Shown here: piece after piece, positions 62,601-64,000 of the stretch
How the letters are laid out: each line of letters starts with the position of its first letter
Position numbering within the stretch: the first letter of the stretch is position 1
Assembly (NCBI RefSeq): GCF_964204645.1
Contig: NC_134032.1
Location: 5,692,275-5,756,274 of the forward strand
From: Tubulanus polymorphus
Lineage: Eukaryota; Animalia; Nemertea
Length of the DNA stretch: 64,000 nt
Reading direction: 5' to 3'
Program-made: the position numbers and the translations under genes
Notes under the pieces: generated by a model
Database searches by the model: none
Told to the model about the DNA's origin: nothing
The model's input: the letters and a program-made list of their open reading frames with translations, nothing else

Positions 62601-63084
62601 TCAAGAGTTGAATCGAAACATCACTACTCTCTTAGTTTTAAATGGCTCACAGAATCAAGTCGAAAAGTCACTACTCTCATAGTTTTGAAATTGGCTCAAT
62701 TGGTTCATAGTTTTGAAAATGGCCCATAGAATTGAGTCTAAACCTCACTACTCCCTTAGTTTGAAAATGGCTCATAGAATCAAGTCGAAATGTCACTACT
62801 CTCACTACTAATGTCACCACTAGTTTTGAAATTGGCTCAATTGGCTCGTAGAATCGAGTCAAAACATCATTACTCTCTTAGTCTGACTTCCTAATTCTGG
62901 GCATTTTCTTCAATTGAATTACATACACTCACTCCAACTACAGAAATGTTGGCTAATGTTGGCTATCATGTTTTTTCTTTAATAATGGCGGTCTCTTTGT
63001 TGATTTCAGCAATGGAGACCACCACAATACGATGGCTATGAATAATCAACTACTGTACAGTAATAATATGGATGACAGTTATAT
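10152..63084 (+). CDS. NCOA: p160 nuclear receptor coactivator (NCOA/SRC/Taiman orthologue); 21 coding exons visible, 5' and probably 3' incomplete
   Basis: Exon join 10152-10327, 10721-10809, 14587-14676, 18359-18449, 22726-22806, 32040-32222, 32495-32621, 33883-33986, 34063-34210, 34982-35751, 39046-39228, 43479-44026, 44729-44875, 46051-47950, 49121-49392, 50179-50241, 55324-55473, 55730-55928, 56559-56750, 61747-61924, 63010-63084. All introns are GT-AG with matching phases, giving one continuous ORF with bHLH-PAS-PAS, LxxLL boxes, an AD1-like region and polyQ. Confidence 0.93.
10721..10809 (+). CDS. NCOA: NCOA exon: bHLH-PAS linker / PAS-A start
   Basis: tttgcag|AA...GAG|gtaatg; [30 protein letters not shown] (p160 motif VQ.S.VSS......LGPLLL). 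Confidence 0.92.
11794..13065 (+). mobile_element. Helentron-associated element (HINE-like) family H1, full copy with 154-bp tandem array
   Basis: T-run; 5' subTIR cccacttggga (11801) plus inverted copy; (GTCC)n microsatellite; about four 154-bp central repeats; 3' subTIR tctcaagtggg; GC hairpin; tagtt. Other copies at about 9935-10035 (3' fragment), 25540-26360 and 40950-41970. Confidence 0.8.
14587..14676 (+). CDS. NCOA: NCOA exon: PAS-A
   Basis: ttgcag|GCC...CCG|gtaagt; [30 protein letters not shown]. Confidence 0.95.
14941..14994. repeat. (ATGT)n(ACGT)n microsatellite
   Basis: read directly; adjacent to the Penelope-like fragment. Confidence 0.95.
15050..15298 (-). mobile_element. Penelope-like retroelement fragment (Cys-rich linker plus GIY-YIG endonuclease N-terminus)
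   Basis: [11 protein letters not shown]...[33 protein letters not shown] fits the PLE pattern C.S.NVVY.I.C..C...YVGET...L..R; truncated and non-functional. Confidence 0.85.
17079..18213. mobile_element. DNA transposon remnant with ~40-bp TIR, hosting the H4 copy
   Basis: acatgggggtagcggaatggggcccccattctggggtacca ... tggtacgccagaataggggccccatccgctaccccatgt; no clear TSD. Confidence 0.55.
17268..17762 (+). mobile_element. HINE-like family H4
   Basis: 5' tttttaggatcaactgcgttgatcct (subTIR plus IR); 3' cagttgatccta plus hairpin ggacc-cat-ggtcc; partial copies at 32393-32470 and about 60800-61515. Confidence 0.65.
18359..18449 (+). CDS. NCOA: NCOA exon: PAS-A
   Basis: ttttgcag|GAA...A|gtaagt; [30 protein letters not shown]. 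Confidence 0.93.
19720..19953. mobile_element. PIF/Harbinger-like MITE with CAG TSD
   Basis: TIR ggccaacttcggtt ... aaccgaagttggcc flanked by cag/cag; the empty site gagccagggggcgg is seen in paralogous H2 copies (about 22181, 23652); degenerate copy near 36838-37040. Confidence 0.8.
20207..21201. mobile_element. piggyBac-type non-autonomous element (TTAA TSD)
   Basis: ttaa|ccctttcaataccac ... gtggtattgtaaggg|ttaa; empty site ccgttaagacac present in H2 copies 2 and 3; deleted inverted copy at 59792-60228. Confidence 0.88.
21661..22715 (+). mobile_element. HINE-like family H2, copy 2
   Basis: 5' subTIR atgggcttgc plus IR gcaagcccat; 3' gcaagcccat...ttagaatttctttcttgtt; ends 10 nt before NCOA exon 22726. 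Confidence 0.72.
22726..22806 (+). CDS. NCOA: NCOA exon: PAS-A (FNCRML strand)
   Basis: ttttttag|TT...G|gtacgt, phase 1-1; [27 protein letters not shown] contains the conserved p160 TFNCRML; not reported in this frame by the ORF track. Confidence 0.9.
22879..24123 (+). mobile_element. HINE-like family H2, copy 3 (3' tail displaced to 27280 by an insertion)
   Basis: colinear with copy 2; the tail agaatttctttcttgtt resumes at 27280. Confidence 0.72.
23056..23291 (+). mobile_element. tRNA-derived SINE
   Basis: A box tagctgagtgg, B box gttcgaaac, tail gggacgtaaaac; ~20-24-bp TSD gttttcattgttttaYgattYtgt (23032 / 23292); absent from H2 copy 2. Confidence 0.8.
24121..27279 (+). mobile_element. 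HINE/Helentron-like family H3, composite head-to-tail insertion
   Basis: 5' tttaggccagcc plus IR; 3' ggctggcc plus hairpin gcccc-tt-ggggc plus cttgtt at 26506, 27279 and 28045; inserted in a T-run without a TSD. Confidence 0.68.
26585..28270 (+). repeat. near-identical tandem duplication (about 26585-27498 vs 27499-28270)
   Basis: same text repeated, with reciprocal internal indels. Confidence 0.85.
32040..32222 (+). CDS. NCOA: NCOA exon: PAS-A loop and YE.MQ strand
   Basis: attttag|CT...G|gtaatt; [61 protein letters not shown]. Confidence 0.85.
32495..32621 (+). CDS. NCOA: NCOA exon: PAS-A end / PAS-B start
   Basis: ttgtag|AG...AG|gtaacc; [42 protein letters not shown] (p160 QSC.IC.ARR...F.T.QD..GK). 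Confidence 0.92.
32927..33220. mobile_element. piggyBac-type MITE
   Basis: ttaa|ccctttcagtgc ... gcactaaaaggg|ttaa; inverted copy at 51164-51412; remnants near 48950-49050 and 58600-58755. Confidence 0.8.
33883..33986 (+). CDS. NCOA: NCOA exon: PAS-B
   Basis: tttatag|C...G|gtatgt; [35 protein letters not shown]. Confidence 0.88.
34063..34210 (+). CDS. NCOA: NCOA exon: PAS-B C-terminal
   Basis: follows a 76-nt intron; tttgtag|TA...AG|gtacgt; [49 protein letters not shown]. Confidence 0.93.
34982..35751 (+). CDS. NCOA: NCOA exon: S/T/P-rich region
   Basis: ttttcag|G...C|gtgagt; 770 nt, open in the frame of ORF 35004-35759; repeated SPG/SPA motifs. Confidence 0.88.
36214..36539. mobile_element. 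piggyBac-type MITE
   Basis: ttaa|ccctttcact ... agcgaaaggg|ttaa. Confidence 0.7.
37480..37968. mobile_element. hAT-like MITE
   Basis: TIR cagagttgccactt ... aagtggcaactctg; TSD not preserved. Confidence 0.5.
39046..39228 (+). CDS. NCOA: NCOA exon: low-complexity / polyQ
   Basis: tatag|GG...A|gtaagt; [15 protein letters not shown]...[15 protein letters not shown]. Confidence 0.8.
39270..39630 (+). repeat. degenerate TAGCTCCACCC minisatellite
   Basis: about ten copies of agctccaccc/agttccaccc just downstream of exon 39046-39228. Confidence 0.7.
40950..41970 (+). mobile_element. HINE-like family H1 copy
   Basis: same 5' region, three 154-bp units and the identical 3' end caagtgggcatggtgtccctggacccc. 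Confidence 0.8.
43479..44026 (+). CDS. NCOA: NCOA exon: NR boxes (LRQLL, LKQLL, first half of a third)
   Basis: ttttcag|AG...AAG|gtcggt; [30 protein letters not shown]. Confidence 0.9.
44729..44875 (+). CDS. NCOA: NCOA exon: NR boxes
   Basis: tttatag|CAA...GTT|gtacgt; [11 protein letters not shown]...[26 protein letters not shown]; completes LK|QLL and adds LQKLL. Confidence 0.85.
45217..45894. mobile_element. Harbinger-like MITE
   Basis: TIR aatgctaggttcaca ... tgtgaacctagcatt; agg on both flanks. Confidence 0.6.
46051..47950 (+). CDS. NCOA: NCOA large exon: further LxxLL motifs, CBP/p300-interaction (AD1-like) region, polyQ
   Basis: ttcttgcag|GAA...G|gtatat; 1900 nt; [29 protein letters not shown] (about 47407-47493) resembles the p160 AD1 motif D..ALLDQL..LL.....L.EIDRALGI. 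Confidence 0.92.
49121..49392 (+). CDS. NCOA: NCOA exon: Q-rich
   Basis: attattag|GT...CGG|gtgagt; [15 protein letters not shown]...[19 protein letters not shown]...GFPR. Confidence 0.85.
50179..50241 (+). CDS. NCOA: NCOA small exon
   Basis: ttttttag|GGA...CAG|gtacag, phase 0-0; [21 protein letters not shown], resembling the PNVSLQ motif I recall from invertebrate Taiman proteins. Confidence 0.8.
53013..54241. mobile_element. foldback element with ~510-bp TIRs and 8-bp TSD
   Basis: GCAATCAC|cacaggggctcgtatc ... gatacgagcccctgtg|GCAATCAC; arms about 53013-53526 and 53728-54241, nearly perfectly complementary. Confidence 0.92.
54333..55104. mobile_element. pogo/Tigger-like (Tc1/mariner) MITE
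   Basis: ta|cagtggaacctcgttctaacga ... tcgttagaacgaggttccactg|ta. Confidence 0.85.
55324..55473 (+). CDS. NCOA: NCOA exon: SP/Q-rich
   Basis: tttgcag|CCA...ATG|gtatgt; [14 protein letters not shown]...[19 protein letters not shown]. Confidence 0.82.
55730..55928 (+). CDS. NCOA: NCOA exon: Q-rich
   Basis: tandem acceptor aag|cag| (start 55727 or 55730), donor A|gtaagt; [15 protein letters not shown]...LVRQMSTP. Confidence 0.82.
56559..56750 (+). CDS. NCOA: NCOA exon: polyQ/polyN
   Basis: ctctccag|AC...G|gtataa; [19 protein letters not shown]...[31 protein letters not shown]. Confidence 0.82.
57335..57403. repeat. (CA)n(TCAC)n microsatellite
   Basis: read directly. Confidence 0.95.
57664..58271. 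mobile_element. PIF/Harbinger-like MITE with TTA TSD
   Basis: tta|ggccatcccaaaataatt ... aattattttgggatggcc|tta. Confidence 0.82.
59792..60228. mobile_element. piggyBac-type element, deleted inverted copy of 20207-21201
   Basis: ttaa|cccttacaataccac ... gtggtattgaaaggg|ttaa. Confidence 0.85.
61073..61392. mobile_element. palindromic MITE with ~85-bp arms and candidate 9-bp TSD
   Basis: acttctgtg|catcctccctcggcaggg ... cccctgccggggaggatg|acttcagtg; degenerate copy near 18480-18752. Confidence 0.7.
61747..61924 (+). CDS. NCOA: NCOA exon: C-terminal region
   Basis: ttgcag|GT...TC|gtaagt; [59 protein letters not shown] (different frame from ORF 61673). Confidence 0.75.
62585..62885 (+). repeat. 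~45-bp degenerate tandem repeat
   Basis: repeated gaatcaagtcgaaa..tcactactctc.tagttttgaaa.tggctca. Confidence 0.75.
63010..63084 (+). CDS. NCOA: NCOA exon: C-terminal region
   Basis: gatttcag|C...AT|gtgagt, phase 2-2; [25 protein letters not shown]. Confidence 0.65.
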
Positions 63085-64000
63085 GTGAGTGGTTAGATCC
63101 ACGTGCCTGCTGTCTATATCTGTCTGTCTATCACTGCTACTGTCAGTTACAGCTTATTTCATATACCATGCTGCCCTTTCCTAATCAATCCTTTACACAT
63201 TTCATATTGTCATCAATCAATCATCCTGTTGAAATCAAACTATCAAATACTTGTTCCCCAGTAACCACCCAACATGAGCCTTCAGATCTCTTCCTAAAAC
63301 TTGGTCTTTATACATATAGGCTAATGTTTTACATAGATAAGGAAAAAATTAACCGGTATTGAAAAATTGTCATGATACCAATTTGACAGTTCTAGGCACA
63401 GTTTGGACAGTCTTAGACGTAATTGGGACAGTACTAAACACAGTTTGGACTTTCCAAGACTCAATTGGGACGGTACTTAACAAAGGTTGTACAGTTCTAA
63501 ACACTATTTGGACAGTTCTAAACAAATTTGTCCCATTTTATTGTTGCCAACCATATTTTCCATATTATTCATTCGCCTTAAACTTTCTCCCTCTCCTTTT
63601 ATTATTGTCCCTCAACTCAGATAATCATCCTGTGCAAGCTGCCTACTCCCTGACGCAAGTTTATGGAGGCAGCCATTTTTTTCTGACAGTATCCATATAA
63701 ACTACCGCGGAAAAATTTATTATTTAGGGCAGTTGCACCGTCAAGACATAAGTCCAAAAGTGGTCTTAAATCTAAAGACTGGTCTTAAGTTTTTGGATTG
63801 GTTATAGAACCAAAATGAGCTTAGAGTTGTCCTAAGTTGTCAGATCAGTTATAGAGCAAAAATGAGCTTAGACTGTTCTTAAGTTGATGACTTGTGCAAC
63901 TGACTCCTGAATCACAGTTGTAGCAAGGGATTCGGGTTGCCTCGGAAATCATTATCGCTGCTTGTCACTGAACAGTGTTAGTTTTTAATGAACGAATGCT

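Overview
AT-rich animal (invertebrate, probably lophotrochozoan-like; inference) genomic DNA dominated by one large plus-strand gene, a p160 nuclear receptor coactivator (NCOA1/2/3-SRC / insect Taiman orthologue). I assembled 21 phase-compatible GT-AG coding exons from 10152 to 63084 (5766 nt, about 1920 codons). They encode bHLH, PAS-A, PAS-B, an S/T-P-rich region, eight LxxLL motifs, a CBP/p300-interaction (AD1-like) helix pair and a Q-rich C-terminal region. I did not find the start exon, and the 3' end probably lies beyond the window. The introns are dense with non-autonomous mobile elements: at least four Helentron-associated (HINE-like) families, piggyBac-, PIF/Harbinger- and pogo/Tigger-type MITEs, a 1.2-kb foldback element, a tRNA-derived SINE, a Penelope-like GIY-YIG fragment, hammerhead-like cores and minisatellites. 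The most striking observation is a HINE family whose internal 154-bp tandem repeat carries a near-perfect CTCF consensus site in each unit, next to YY1-type motifs. It may act as a mobile chromatin-architecture cassette. All calls come from reading the sequence by eye; no database searches were run.
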